Notes: generated by a model from the sequence alone, not told the origin. A stretch of 37,618 nt of DNA from Octopus bimaculoides (GCF_001194135.2 NC_068995.1:32147710-32185327), one strand, 5' to 3'. Counted from the first letter of the stretch, positions 12,220-24,318 are shown. A program made the numbers and translations.

Positions 12220-12431
12220 CAGGGTGTCCACAAAGTCTGGGTACTTGGGGATTAACACATACTTTAAGAAATTATTATTTCTTATATTTAATTGTTAATG
12301 TTATGATTTTATTTACTCTATGTACCCACATGGAGATTAACACATACTTTAAGAAATTATTATTTCCTATATTTAATTGTTTATGTTATGATTTTATTTA
12401 CTTCATGTAGCCAGACCTTGTGGACACCCTG
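12220..12431. mobile_element. Tc1/mariner-type MITE, 212 bp
   Basis: TIRs CAGGGTGTCCACAAAGTCTGGGTAC and its reverse complement match at 23/25; TA on both sides; no ORF; internal direct duplication of about 85 bp. Confidence 0.9.
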
Positions 12432-12589
12432 TATATGGATACATAAGGAAATTAACTAAAATTGAAATCATATAATAATGAAAGTATTAATAGAGATGTT
12501 ATTGTTTCACTTTTGACACGTAATACAGAAACAGTGTAAGCGATAAGAGATTCCTCCGGGCTCGCATTAGTCAAGAAGTTGAAAATTAT

Positions 12590-12927
12590 TTTGGCCCATG
12601 AGGGTGACCTTTGAGCAGCATTTTCATTTGGGGGAAGAGATGCAAGTCCATTGATTCTAAATCTGGCGAATAGAGCGGATGCGGAAGCGACACCATGTTG
12701 TTTTTGGCAAGAAACAGCATGCATTGTTGTCGTAAAGAATCCAATTCGCCGCTTTCCACACATCCGGACGCTTTCACCGAATGTATTCCCTCAAATGCTT
12801 CACAACTATGTCACTTGGCACACTGTCTCATGAAGGTTAATGCTAGTTTTTACTGCGCACACAGTAGCGTGCTGTCATGTGTTGGCGCGCTAGGGAACTA
12901 GTCCAGGGACTCTTTGATACCACCTCG
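12590..12927 (-). mobile_element. Mariner (DD34D) relic, large internal deletion, one TIR
   Basis: TA-CGAGGTGGTATCAAAGAG TIR at 12927; remnants KRPD..NWIL and LPHPLYSPDL..DLHLFPQMK; homologous to 14157-15015. Confidence 0.85.
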
Positions 12928-13014
12928 TAGATGTTTTGCGATGATATACTAAAATTACAGTAATCTTTAAAAAAAATGTCTCAAAACTTCTGGAATTCAT
13001 ACTTACATACGTAC

Positions 13015-13035
13015 ATACATATATTTGTGTGCGTG

Positions 13036-13088
<53 letters not shown>
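13015..13088. repeat. (TG)n microsatellite
   Basis: Seen directly. Confidence 0.95.
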
Positions 13089-13090
<2 letters not shown>

Positions 13091-13249
13091 GGAAGATGAT
13101 GTATAAACAAGATGAGGGAAATGTACCTAAGAGAGGAAGTGATTATCACCCAGAACGTCGTAACGCGCTAGCACTTTGTATCGCAAGCTTTGGTGTTAAT
13201 AACCTCTGAGTTACCAATCTACAGTAGATAAGCTTATTTTAAGCTGACG

Positions 13250-13380
13250 CACTGATGTAACCCGGGCGATGGTACGTTACGACCAGCGCTGTCGCTGCAC
13301 AACAACCCGGGCAATAAATCGAAACCATGACCTTTTCATCGCGATTCCAACAGCCTAACCACTGGGCTACTTGTCTTCAC
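13250..13380 (-). mobile_element. SINE with tRNA-like head (family B-like), diverged
   Basis: Reverse complement GTGAAGACAAGTAGCCCAGTGGTTAGG...GGTTTCGATT has A-box and B-box-like motifs and resembles the head at 18800-18855. Confidence 0.5.
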
Positions 13381-13819
13381 AATACACGTAGAAACGTTTA
13401 ATTACTTTGTAAATATTTCCAGAACCTCTCCTTTCTGAAGCACACCCTACTGCTTAATTATGTTACTTGCAACGAAAATGTGAAGAGATTTCTGGTTACT
13501 CCAACAAGACCACCACTCCCGATTTTTTCTATCATCTTCATACAGTAAACGTCTGAGGTTGGCGAGTTAAATGAGGATTTAACTCTCCAGCCTTACTCTT
13601 TCTGCTTCTGTGTACCCAACATATCGCAACATGAGATGGCATGTCCTATCACCAAACTCGATAATTATCCTACACGAATCAATGTGGGAAACTCTCTTGG
13701 ATCACTTCATCTGCTTGAAATAACAGCTAAATCTCCTTCAAACCATATCCTATCATCTTAAAAATATTAGGAAATGTATATCCAAGATAATGTAGTTCTT
13801 TTAGCTTTTATCTTTAATC

Positions 13820-14068
13820 TTTTATTTGTTTTAGTCATTAGACTGAGATCGTGTTGGAGTACTGCCTTGAAGAATTTTTAGTGGAATGAATCAACGCTAA
13901 TACTTATTGTATCGGTCTATTTTGCCGAAACGCTATGTTACGGAGACGTAAACACACGAAGACAGGCTGTTAATCGGTTGTGCGGTTGTGGGGGAACAAG
14001 CACAGACACAAAGACACATAGATACACAGGCACATACATACATACGCACAGACACACACACACACACA

Positions 14069-14126
<58 letters not shown>

Positions 14127-14156
14127 CACACACGCGCACACATATATATATGTGTA
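13820..14156 (-). mobile_element. SINE family D, 3' part including its internal (CA)/(TA) microsatellite
   Basis: AGTCATTAGACTG...ATCGGTCTATTTTGCCGAAACGCTATGTTACGGAGACGTAAACAC; continues after the mariner insertion at 15016-15146. Family structure partly from recall. Confidence 0.7.
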
Positions 14157-15015
14157 CGATGTGGCATCAAAAGGCTCCCGGAATAGTTCCCTAGCGCGCC
14201 AACAGATGGCAGCTTATGAATGTGTGTGCAGTGAAATCTAGCACTAACATTTATGAGGCAGTGTGTCAAGTGACATCGCTGTGTTTATTTCGCAAGTTGT
14301 GGAATTTGTGTTTATGTCATCACGTGTATGCTGTAGTCTACGATTTTTGTCATGAACAGGAAATTGAAACAAAGTGCCAACGTGAAATTTTGCGTTAAAC
14401 TTGGGACGTCTGCTACAGACATTGAGCATGCTTCAGCAAGCTTACGGTGACGTGGCAATGGGTCGTACGCCATGTTTCGAGTGGTATGTGCGGTACAAAA
14501 GTGGAAGAACCTCCCCGGTAGACGATGAGCGATCTGGAAGACCTTCCTCGTGTGAAAAAAATTTGTCAGCTTGTGCATGAGGATCGTCGGAGGACAATCA
14601 AAGGCGTTTTGAGGCGTTTCAGGGAGGACATTCGGCGAAAGCGACCAGATCTGTTGAGGGCAAAGAATTGGATTCTTCACGATGAAGAAGCACCGTGTCA
14701 CCGAGTACTCCTCACTCGTGAGTTTCTCACCAAAAAACAACTTGGTATCACTTCCGCATCCGCCCTATTCATCAGATTTAACACCTACCGACTTCCATCT
14801 CTTCCCCAAGATAAAAAGGCAGCTAAAAGTCACCGTTGTTGAAATCCAGAGCGAATCGCAGAAGGTCCTCGACTCGCTTACGGAAAACGACTTCCTGGCC
14901 GGATTCCAAAAATGACAGGAACGCTGGGACTGGTGTATTCGAAGGAGATAATGTTAAAACTTAGGTAAATAAGCGATGTGCAAAACTAGTCCGGGAACTT
15001 TTTTATACCATCTCG
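14157..15015 (+). mobile_element. Mariner (DD34D) transposon, internally deleted, both TIRs
   Basis: 32-bp TIRs match at 25/32 with TA at 14155-14156 and 15016-15017. Transposase remnants NVKFCVKLG, CFEWY..YKSGR..DDERSGRPS, KRPDLLRAKNWILHDEEAPCH, HPPYSSDLTPTDFHLFPK. Confidence 0.95.
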
Positions 15016-15146
15016 TATATTTGGTTTCCATCAACTAAATCCACTCAGGAAGTATTGGTCGGACCGAGGCTATAATAGAAGACACTTGCCTAAGGTGCTA
15101 CGGAGTGGGACTAAACCCGGAACTTTGCGGCTGGGAAGTCAGCTTT
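15016..15146 (-). mobile_element. SINE family D, 5' tRNA-related part
   Basis: AAATCCACTCA...GGTCGGACCGAGGCTATAATAGAAGACACTTGCC...AACCCGGAAC aligns with 29985-30138. Confidence 0.8.
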
Positions 15147-15293
15147 TTATCACACAGTCACGCCGATTTCCGTTTTTTTTTTCTTTACTCGAGCCCTAGA
15201 ATACATGAGGCCGGTTACTCGGTTTCCCGGTTTCCATAGTCACCGAGATCACAACATCCACTTGAAAGGGATGCCGTTCGGTTGCAGGGCTCA

Positions 15294-15440
15294 AGGCCCG
15301 CAATTTTGAGAGGAGGTGGTAAATCGATTACATCGACCCTTTATTTTGTCGCCGAAGGAATAAAAGGACTTGAAACCCTAGAGCCTGAAGAAAAGCATTT
15401 TGTCCGACACACTAAAGATTCTGCCAGCTCACTGCCTTGC
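15294..15440 (-). mobile_element. SINE family A, diverged
   Basis: GGCCCGCAATTTTG...ATCGATTTACATCGACCC...AGCATTTTGTCCGAC...GATTCTGCCAGCTC. Confidence 0.6.
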
Positions 15441-16019
15441 TTCTGAAGATGCGATAATAAATAAGTTGCGATGGTTATGGCACGAATGATTTTGATTATA
15501 AGTCTATTCAATCATGGCCGAATCGTGCTAAACGACTTAACCAAGGTAGCTATGCTGATTATAATGTTTATTCTTGTAAATAGTATGTTGCAAAGTATTA
15601 TTGTTGTTGTTGTGAGGTTCGTGTGAAATTATTGTAGAAGATGTTGACCCACATAACAATTGTTTTCGTGGCATTCGCAACTGTCACACTTACATTAAAC
15701 ATCTATAATTTACATTTTAATTTCATGTGTGCTAGTTGTATATTTGTTGATAATAAAAACGTTTTCCTATATTACTGTCTTGAGCGATGATGATGATGAT
15801 GATGATGATGATAGCAGTCGTGGTGGTGACTGAGGCCGTGTTGGGAGTGTCTCAGGTAATGTTATATTTTATACTTTCTCTGAAGACACGGATTCTTATA
15901 TTCTTTATGTATCAACTTTTAGATACAGAATTTTATTGCAGCTTTGCTTTTACTTTTAGTAGCAGACATTAAACTGTATTACGGCATCTAACACCCACAC
16001 CTACACGCGCGAGCCTATA

Positions 16020-16057
16020 CATGCATAGACACGCACGCACACGCACGCACGCACACA

Positions 16058-16104
<47 letters not shown>

Positions 16105-16216
16105 CCATGTATACACATATGCATACGCAAACGTATATAAATATGTTCTTTCACATTTAGGTCTCTTCTCTTCCTCTCTATATACATATACTCATACATG
16201 TAGGTATGTATGTATG

Positions 16217-16252
<36 letters not shown>

Positions 16253-16300
16253 AATATATATATATGTTTGTGTGTGAGTATATATATATGTATATATATG

Positions 16301-16340
<40 letters not shown>

Positions 16341-16364
16341 NNNNNNNNNNNNNNNNNNNNNNNN

Positions 16365-16400
<36 letters not shown>

Positions 16401-16460
16401 GTACCCCTCTCCTTTTCCAACACACACACACGCACACATACACACATACGCTTGCACACA
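16020..16460. repeat. Compound (CA)/(TA) microsatellite region
   Basis: Seen directly. Confidence 0.9.
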
Positions 16461-16989
16461 TGTACTTAAAATATTGTAGTAGAAAGGCCATTATTAGCAA
16501 GAATCAGTTGATATGTAGTTATTGTTAGAAACTTTTATTTTTACTGCCGGAGAAATTAATAAATAAGCAATTTTTATAGACGCTAGGTTTATGCCCTGCG
16601 GGACACTAACTTACACTCTTAACATGAAAAAATATATATCTTTATGTTATTCGTTGACTTGGTCTCAAAACAAAGATGACGCAGTTGTATGTTTACTGTT
16701 CTTTGATGTTAAAGGCCAGGAAGTGTGAATTGTGTAGATGTTATGTTTGTTGTTTGTTTGTTGTTGCTGTTGTTGTTGTCGTTATTGTTTGGCAGCCAGC
16801 GTACCTTGATCATACGGATATATAGCGAAATGCATTCCGACCGTGACCTCTCCGACTTTTAGTATATCTGGGACTATTTTGTGATGTGTACGATATTTTT
16901 TTCCTTATGATTAGTATTATGAAATTTGAGGGACATTTGGCTACAATTTTTGGCAAAACTAGGAATCAATTAGCTGATACTTTTAAGCC

Positions 16990-17151
16990 TAATGTGTGTG
17001 TGTGTGTGTGTGTGCGTGTGTGCGTATATGTGTGTGTGTATGAGTGCGTATACTTGTGTGAATGAGTCTGTGTACGCGTGTATATATGTGCATATTTGTA
17101 TCTGTTTTATGCATGCGTGTGAGAGAGAAAGAGAGAGAGAGAGATAGAGAA

Positions 17152-17231
<80 letters not shown>

Positions 17232-17285
17232 AGTGTGTGCGTGTGTGTGCGTGTGTGTGTGTGTGCACGCGCGCACGTGTGTGTT
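16990..17285. repeat. Compound (TG)/(GA)/(GCGT) microsatellite region
   Basis: Seen directly. Confidence 0.9.
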
Positions 17286-17519
17286 GGTTTGAAGAACGAC
17301 ACTGAAATGGTTTTTCAAAAGCTTCTTTCAACTTGTTTTTACATCCTTTGAAACTTACTGCGAGTTTCACAGAATAGTGAAAGGTGATGCTCCAGCATGA
17401 CCTCAGCCAATATGGCCGAAGCAAACTAAAGAACTGAGGAATAAGTCATCTCTTCACACTCATTTAATAATGATTCTATTTCTGTCTCTCTTTTAAAATA
17501 CCGTGTTATGCTATATATT

Positions 17520-18475
17520 ATATTGGCAGACATCTTTGGTGAAACTCTCATCAACTTTGTGCAAGTGTCACTTCAAACGGAAACTAGACTTAGAGAAGAA
17601 AGCGTAGCAAATCTATTGAAAGAAGGATGGCAGTGGCAAAAATGATCTGAATGAACGGACCTGCTATGAGCATATGCAGGAAGATTGAAGGAGGACAACT
17701 GCATTAAGAGTGATCGCGTGGTTTCCGCGGGATTCGTAAAACCACTAACATGGTGAATGCTGCGCGCTAAATTCAAAAGAAGTGTCGAGAACATTATCGT
17801 AATCTCTGCTTGGTTTTTATCGGTCTATCAAATACGTTCGACACTAAACTGAGAACTTGGATGCTCACCAAGGGTTTTTGCGACTCATCATAAAAGCTCG
17901 TGTGGTCATTCGCAAGAATCGGACCCTTTTGATATCAGCGTTGTCCTGAAACAAGGTTGTGTACTTGCCCCATTTTTTCATTCAGCGTCTTCGTCACGGC
18001 CATTACTTTCCCTATGTGGGCTGAACTCGATTCTGACAATGGAATCACGATCAGCTACTGTCTGGACGGTAGTGTTTTCAATCTCCGACGACTCAGAACC
18101 AAATCGAAATCTCAGGCTGCCATGATCTTCGAGCTCCTGTACACCAATGACTGTGGCCTGCCAACTCACGATCATAGATCAGCGCAAGCATGTCTTGAAC
18201 GTCACAGCGTACGTTTATTAAGGGCGAAGCCGACAAGGGTTTGTGAAACTGTCGTGGCAAGGCGACCTCAATGGATCGATAAAAGCCGGTGAGATGTGTG
18301 GCAGCTGCTACTACATTGCCTACAACACTCAGCTCATCAGTTCCTTGTCCGCCTTGTGCAAAACTGCCGTTTGGCTTTTCGTTTCTGCGCACATCAACGT
18401 GTTCATCAACTACATTGAGCACCAACTTGAGGAGATGTTGTCCACGGAACCAAGGTACCTCGAAGCTAAGCTAAG
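17520..18475 (+). mobile_element. Decayed RTE (BovB-like) LINE, RT fragment and 3' end
   Basis: GFRGIRKTTNMVNAAR*IQKKCREH..L..VFI.LSNTFDT, KQGCVLAP, DGSVFNLRRLRTKSK..IFELLYTNDC (YADD position), C-terminal CPPC motif, short (GCTAA) tail. Confidence 0.85.
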
Positions 18476-18611
18476 TGTGTATGTATATACATGTGCGTGT
18501 GTATGTATATACATGTATATACATACACACGCACATATATACACACACGCATATGTGTGTGCATGTATATGTTTATATATGTATATATGTGTGTCTGTAT
18601 GCGTTTGTGTA

Positions 18612-18855
18612 ACTTATACACTCACTCCACAGACACGTGTACCCTTAACGTAGTTCCCAGGGAGATTCAGCGTGAAACAAAGTGTGACAAGATTGGCCCT
18701 TTGAAATACGGGTACAACTCCCTTTTGCCAGCTGAGTGGACTGGAACAACGTGAAATAAAGTGTATTGCTCAAGGACACAACGCCTTGCCGGGAATTGAA
18801 CTCATGACCTTACGACCGTGAGCCGAATACCCTAACCACAAAGCCACGCACCATC
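18612..18855 (-). mobile_element. tRNA-derived SINE family B
   Basis: Reverse complement carries A-box (GTGGTTAGGG) and B-box (GAGTTCAATTCC); aligns with 30272-30562 and 8335-8510. Confidence 0.9.
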
Positions 18856-18885
18856 ATATCATGTTATATTATAATTTATAATATA

Positions 18886-19080
18886 AGGATGGTGACTGAC
18901 AGAATAGCGCATCGTCAAAATGCTTTGAAGTATTTGACCTTGGTCAAATACTTCAAAGTTCTTTACGTTCTGAGTTCAAATCCTGCATAGGTCAACTTTA
19001 CCTTTTATCTTTAGTCAAGTACTGGGGTTGATAGTAACCAATTGTTAGCTCAAATTTTTGGTCTTGTTCCTACATTAGCA
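18886..19080 (+). mobile_element. SINE family A, diverged, with an inserted hairpin
   Basis: TCTTTACGTTCTGAGTTCAAATCC...AGTACTGGGGTTGAT; perfect 17-bp inverted repeat at 18923-18958. Confidence 0.7.
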
Positions 19081-19140
19081 ATAAATGTATTATAATGCAA
19101 GATTATGATATATCAATTAATATTATCGTCATCATTTGTA

Positions 19141-19360
19141 AGGCGGTGAGCTGCCAAAATCGTTGGCACGCCATGCAGAATGCTAAGCGGCCTTTCACCC
19201 GTCTTTACGCTCTGAGTTCAAATTCCGCCGAGATCGACTTTTCCTTTCATCCTTTCAAGGTCGATAAATTAAGCACCAGTTAAACACTGGGGTCGATGTA
19301 ATTGACCTACCTGTCCCGCCCTAAATTGTTGGACTTGTGCCAAAATTTGAAATCATTATT
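19141..19360 (+). mobile_element. SINE family A, full length
   Basis: AGGCGGTGAGCTG...GAGTTCAAATTCC (B-box)...GGGGTCGATGTAAT...CTTGTGCC; collinear with the other copies. Confidence 0.9.
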
Positions 19361-19584
19361 GTCATCATTTATACGTCTACTACACCCGACTGGTATGAGT
19401 GTCTGCTTCGACTATGTCATCCTTCTCAACTTTATAATTCCTGATTATTCCTTTTTGGACTTTCTCTTCAGACTCATTACACTCTCATCGTTCGACACTT
19501 TTTCACTAAATCATCATTCAACAGATCAGGTGCCCAAACTGGTGTTGCATTCATTCCTATATACTTCAGCTGATATCTCTAAGG

Positions 19585-19904
19585 CAGAGGTCGGGAAACC
19601 TTTTTAACCAATTGACCCAAAATATATTTATTTACGCCGACGTTTTGATTTGAAAGGAAGAAAATCATAGATTCTTTGAATTCAAAAGGTTTATTGAATC
19701 TATTTTATTGAATCTACTTATATGAATCCATTTACATATCCATTACATTGGACAAATGCAGTGTTGCCAGAAGAAAAAATTCTGTCGAAACAAGGAACAC
19801 GTTTTTTTATACTATTTTACTTATGTCTAATGAGTCCTCATTGCCCTCAAGAATTCCATTTTTACCCCACATGGGGTAATTTACCCCGATTCGCCGACTC
19901 CCTG
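19585..19904. mobile_element. hAT (Charlie-like) MITE, 320 bp
   Basis: Perfect 8-bp target-site duplication CTCTAAGG (19577-19584 and 19905-19912); imperfect CAG..GTCGG terminal inverted repeats; no ORF. Confidence 0.85.
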
Positions 19905-20504
19905 CTCTAAGGTCTACACTACTTTTCACAATATATTTATTCCCCAACGTTTACACATTCATAAAGAATGCTTGCCCAATATTTTTTGCAACCTTCAGAC
20001 ATCCTCCATATTTAGCGGTCATAACATGCTACCATGCGAAAGCCAAAATTCGTACACATTATATACTATCTGCTCCTAATTCTGGAAGAGAAGCTCTTTG
20101 TTACCATCCGGGGTAATAGGCCACTCCCAACCTCTGAAATTTTTTCCATTCATATTTTCTCTGGCTATTATGCTTCTGCAATAGCCACAGATGTTGGTGA
20201 TGATGATGATAATGACGACGACGACAATTAGGATGATGATGATGATGATGATAGTTATAAATTTCTTTCACGTATTATTTATCACAGATTTTCTATTGGT
20301 TCAATCAAATATAGTCACCACTAGCACCACCAACATCATACATCCAACTAAGCTTCCACTGAGCCAACGAAAGAGACTGTGTGAGGTCATATGACCCGGT
20401 AGCAGTAACGAGGGTAAACCTTCTTCAAATCATAGAAAATGGAAGGACAGTTTGGAGAAAGTAATTGAGAACACACCACAGCAGTCCTGAAGCACAGTAA
20501 AGAA

Positions 20505-20519
20505 TACACACACACACAC

Positions 20520-20560
<41 letters not shown>

Positions 20561-20598
20561 TATATATATATATATATATACGAGTGTGTGTGTGTGTA
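20505..20598. repeat. Quasi-palindromic (CA)n(TA)n...(TA)n(TG)n
   Basis: Seen directly. Confidence 0.9.
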
Positions 20599-20729
20599 TA
20601 AAGTACATGTATTTACACATGTATATGTGTAATGATGTTTATATGCTTGTGTGTGCTTCGAAACATGCTGACAATCAACAATGCGTCAGCCCCTCCCGAT
20701 TTTTTTCTTTTTCATGTTCTTTTTTTTAG

Positions 20730-20798
20730 AATAAGCAATTTTCTTGCCTTTTTACTGTGTCTATTGAATAATAGTGGAAGGATTGTTGGCCCACGATG
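20730..20798 (+). other. Candidate 69-nt exon ending in ATG (unassigned)
   Basis: Long T-rich acceptor ...TTCTTTTTTTTAG and donor ACGATG|GTACGT. Confidence 0.2.
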
Positions 20799-20914
20799 GT
20801 ACGTTCTTTTTGTTGGCTCCTTCTCATTGCCACTTGCGAGAGAGAGAGAGAGAGAGAACGATGAAGATAGCTACATGGAGACAGATATCAATCCATGATT
20901 TGCATTTTAGTTCA

Positions 20915-21030
20915 TTGACCCCTGAAGAGATAAAATGCAAAGTTGATCTCAGTGGGATTTGAACTTCGAGTGCAGACGGTTGAGATAAATACTGCTCGAC
21001 ATTCATCCTGACGCTGTAACGACTCCAACA
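20915..21030 (-). mobile_element. SINE family A, diverged partial
   Basis: GACCCCTGAAGAGATAAAATGCAAAGTTGATCTCAGTGGGATTTGAACT. Confidence 0.65.
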
Positions 21031-21264
21031 TAGAACCCATGCTATTTTAAAATCTATATTTCTATTTCAGCCAATACTTCATTCCTCAGTAAACACGACT
21101 CAAGTTTATAAAACCGCAGGAAAGGAGACCTTTTGACTGCTGCCCAACTATTATTTCTTTGTTTGCTAATATTCTATATAGCTTTTTAGCTTTCTCCTTC
21201 TTACTTCGCCTTCTTTCTCTCCTACATTTACACATGGTGCTTCTACTCCTTCTACTCCTCTGCG

Positions 21265-21412
21265 CTTCTTCTTCTTCTTCTTCTTCTTCTTCTTCTTCTT
21301 CTTCTTCTTCTTCTTCTTCTTCTTCTTCTTCTTCTGCGCTTCCACTTCTTCTTCTTCTTCTTTTTCTTCTTCTTCTTCTTCTTCTTCTTCTTCTTCTTCT
21401 ACTATTACTACT
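21265..21412. repeat. (CTT)n microsatellite
   Basis: Seen directly; runs into a gap. Confidence 0.95.
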
Positions 21413-22199
21413 NNNNNNNNNNNNNNNNNNNNNNNNNNNNNNNNNNNNNNNNNNNNNNNNNNNNNNNNNNNNNNNNNNNNNNNNNNNNNNNNNNNNNNNN
21501 NNNNNNNNNNNNNNNNNNNNNNNNNNNNNNNNNNNNNNNNNNNNNNNNNNNNNNNNNNNNNNNNNNNNNNNNNNNNNNNNNNNNNNNNNNNNNNNNNNNN
21601 NNNNNNNNNNNNNNNNNNNNNNNNNNNNNNNNNNNNNNNNNNNNNNNNNNNNNNNNNNNNNNNNNNNNNNNNNNNNNNNNNNNNNNNNNNNNNNNNNNNN
21701 NNNNNNNNNNNNNNNNNNNNNNNNNNNNNNATTTCGTTTGTCTCCGGTTGTTTATACTTCTCCATTCCACGATTGTTTTCCTCTACTGCATTCACTGCCA
21801 TCTGATCACCAGCGAACAATAGTCACCGTTGAGGTTGTCTGCACTGTTGACTGATCCAAAATAAAACAGCTAATCATTGAGAATATAAAAAAGACTTTCA
21901 AAGTTCCCAAATTCCAAGTTCTTTGTTTGGGGCCCGGAAACAAGAATCTTCGAGTAGGGACTTAGTTTCAAAGACAATAATGTTACGTATTCCATTTTAC
22001 ATAAAAGTCCTAAGTTTTTTTTTTTTGCTGTTTTCTTTGTTTTTTTTATTTTTTCACTTAAATGCAGTGGGCACTCTGCAGATTTCGTAAGTCGGGAGTA
22101 ACAGAACAAGTCTTCTGAATCTATCTACTCTACCATATGTTATTGGGTACTTGAACCGACGTTGTAGTTCTCACAGATTTTGAGCGAGTATTTACTAAC

Positions 22200-22389
22200 T
22201 ATATATATATATATGTGTGTGTTTCTGTCTGAATGTGTACGTACACATACAATATATAAATACAGACACACATATATGTACGCCCGCACATACACGCACG
22301 CACACATATGCATATGCATACACATACACAACATACATACATATATATACGTATATGTGTGTGTGTATACACACACATATACATGCATA

Positions 22390-22432
<43 letters not shown>
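22200..22432. repeat. Compound (TA)/(CA) microsatellite region
   Basis: Seen directly. Confidence 0.9.
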
Positions 22433-24318
22433 ATTAGTTGAATATTCTGTCATTGCCGGCGGACTTTCGGAATAGCACAGTCACATAAGTTGGATTTTCT
22501 TCGACTTGACGGGGATTTTCCAAATTCTTTTCCACATCACTCTTGCGAACGAGATGAAGCTTTTTATGAAAAGAAAGTTTTGAAAATTTATGGACCCCCC
22601 TTCCCCACCTTCGAAATCGATTTTGACCAGTTTTTTTTTCTATTAGCACTATGCACTTAACACCCCACTCTCCCACTAAGTACCGGGTTTGGCCATTTTT
22701 CTTCTTCTTGTGCCGCGCACTTAAAAATGTCGTTTGCAAAAAATAGGGAAATCGGCGATCACCGTAACAATCCCACTTCCTTTATTTTCAAAGAGAAAAT
22801 GAAAGCTAATTTAAANNNNNNNNNNNNNNNNNNNNNNNNNNNNNNNNNNNNNNNNNNNNNNNNNNNNNNNNNNNNNNNNNNNNNNNNNNNNNNNNNNNNN
22901 NNNNNNNNNNNNNNNNNNNNNNNNNNNNNNNNNNNNNNNNNNNNNNNNNNNNNNNNNNNNNNNNNNNNNNNNNNNNNNNNNNNNNNNNNNNNNNNNNNNN
23001 NNNNNNNNNNNNNNNNNNNNNNNNNNNNNNNNNNNNNNNNNNNNNNNNNNNNNNNNNNNNNNNNNNNNNNNNNNNNNNNNNNNNNNNNNNNNNNNNNNNN
23101 NNNNNNNNNNNNNNNNNNNNNNNNNNNNNNNNNNNNNNNNNNNNNNNNNNNNNNNNNNNNNNNNNNNNNNNNNNNNNNNNNNNNNNNNNNNNNNNNNNNN
23201 NNNNNNNNNNNNNNNNNNNNNNNNNNNNNNNNNNNNNNNNNNNNNNNNNNNNNNNNNNNNNNNNNNNNNNNNNNNNNNNNNNNNNNNNNNNNNNNNNNNN
23301 NNNNNGCACATCACAAGACCACGTAGTACCTTCCTCATTTCTTTGTCGTTCTTTGATGTTTTTCCATATTTCTCTCTCCTCATACACATTTTACGGAACG
23401 ACGTTGCGGAAGTAACGGTTTTGTTTAGTTTAAGAGATTTAAGCATCAACAAACAAAATTCTAATTTGAATTTATAATCTCCACCACGCACCAAGTGAGT
23501 CCGTGTGTGTGTGTGTGTGTGTGTGTAAAAATAAACATATTTACAAACAGAAAAATATGCTATTAAAATGAATTATCTTTTACATACCGTTTTAAAATCA
23601 CTTTGTCGGCCTAATGAAATTCCTTACACACACGCATACACAAACAGTGATATACGCGTGCACGCACGTGCACGCATACGCAGACTCAGCGTGAGTGATA
23701 TACATATGCAGAGTGAGAGAGAAAGTATAGTAAATATATATAGAGAGGATAAGTTTAAAATGGGAAAAGCGGAAAATGAAAACGATAGACAAATAGAGAG
23801 ATCATTTCTGTTGCGGTCACAGATTTTGTAATTTTAAAATTAAGAGAAAACTTCCAAATTTTACTATATTGACGTGCTTTTTCATTCTAAATCAGATTTT
23901 GCGATTCATTTATTCCAGAAAAAGTTTTACAAACATGTTACAGAGGTTTAAGTTTGATAAATTAAGTTTGATAAACGAGCACTATAGCCCGGCTTCGCAC
24001 GGGATGAAGTTAAGATTACCTGAATAATACCATTAATTGAGGCAAATTTAGTACCCGGACGTAAGTTTTGTAAGAGGAATAGAGAGGGCTATCTTCTCCC
24101 GCAGAGATGTGAGAGTCAGATCTCTCCTTTCGAAAACATGAACAGTATCGTAACATTGTTTACAAAATAATAGCTGATCGTTTGCGAAGGAGCGTGTCTA
24201 CTCGCTGTGAGTAGAGCAACGGATTCAGCAAATTTGGAAATTAGTTGTGGAGAAACGGAGAATATCGTTTATATTGTGCATCACTCACTAAAAATACGAA
24301 ATTTTAAAAATCTGTTGT

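Noticed and set aside
18800-18855. tRNA gene (also the heads at about 13330-13380, 28780-28868 and 30080-30138)
   Set aside because: A/B-box-like motifs belong to SINE heads; no complete cloverleaf and each continues into a SINE body.
19380-19576. Possible CR1 C-terminal remnant on the minus strand (TPVWAP..)
   Set aside because: A single short motif; insufficient support.
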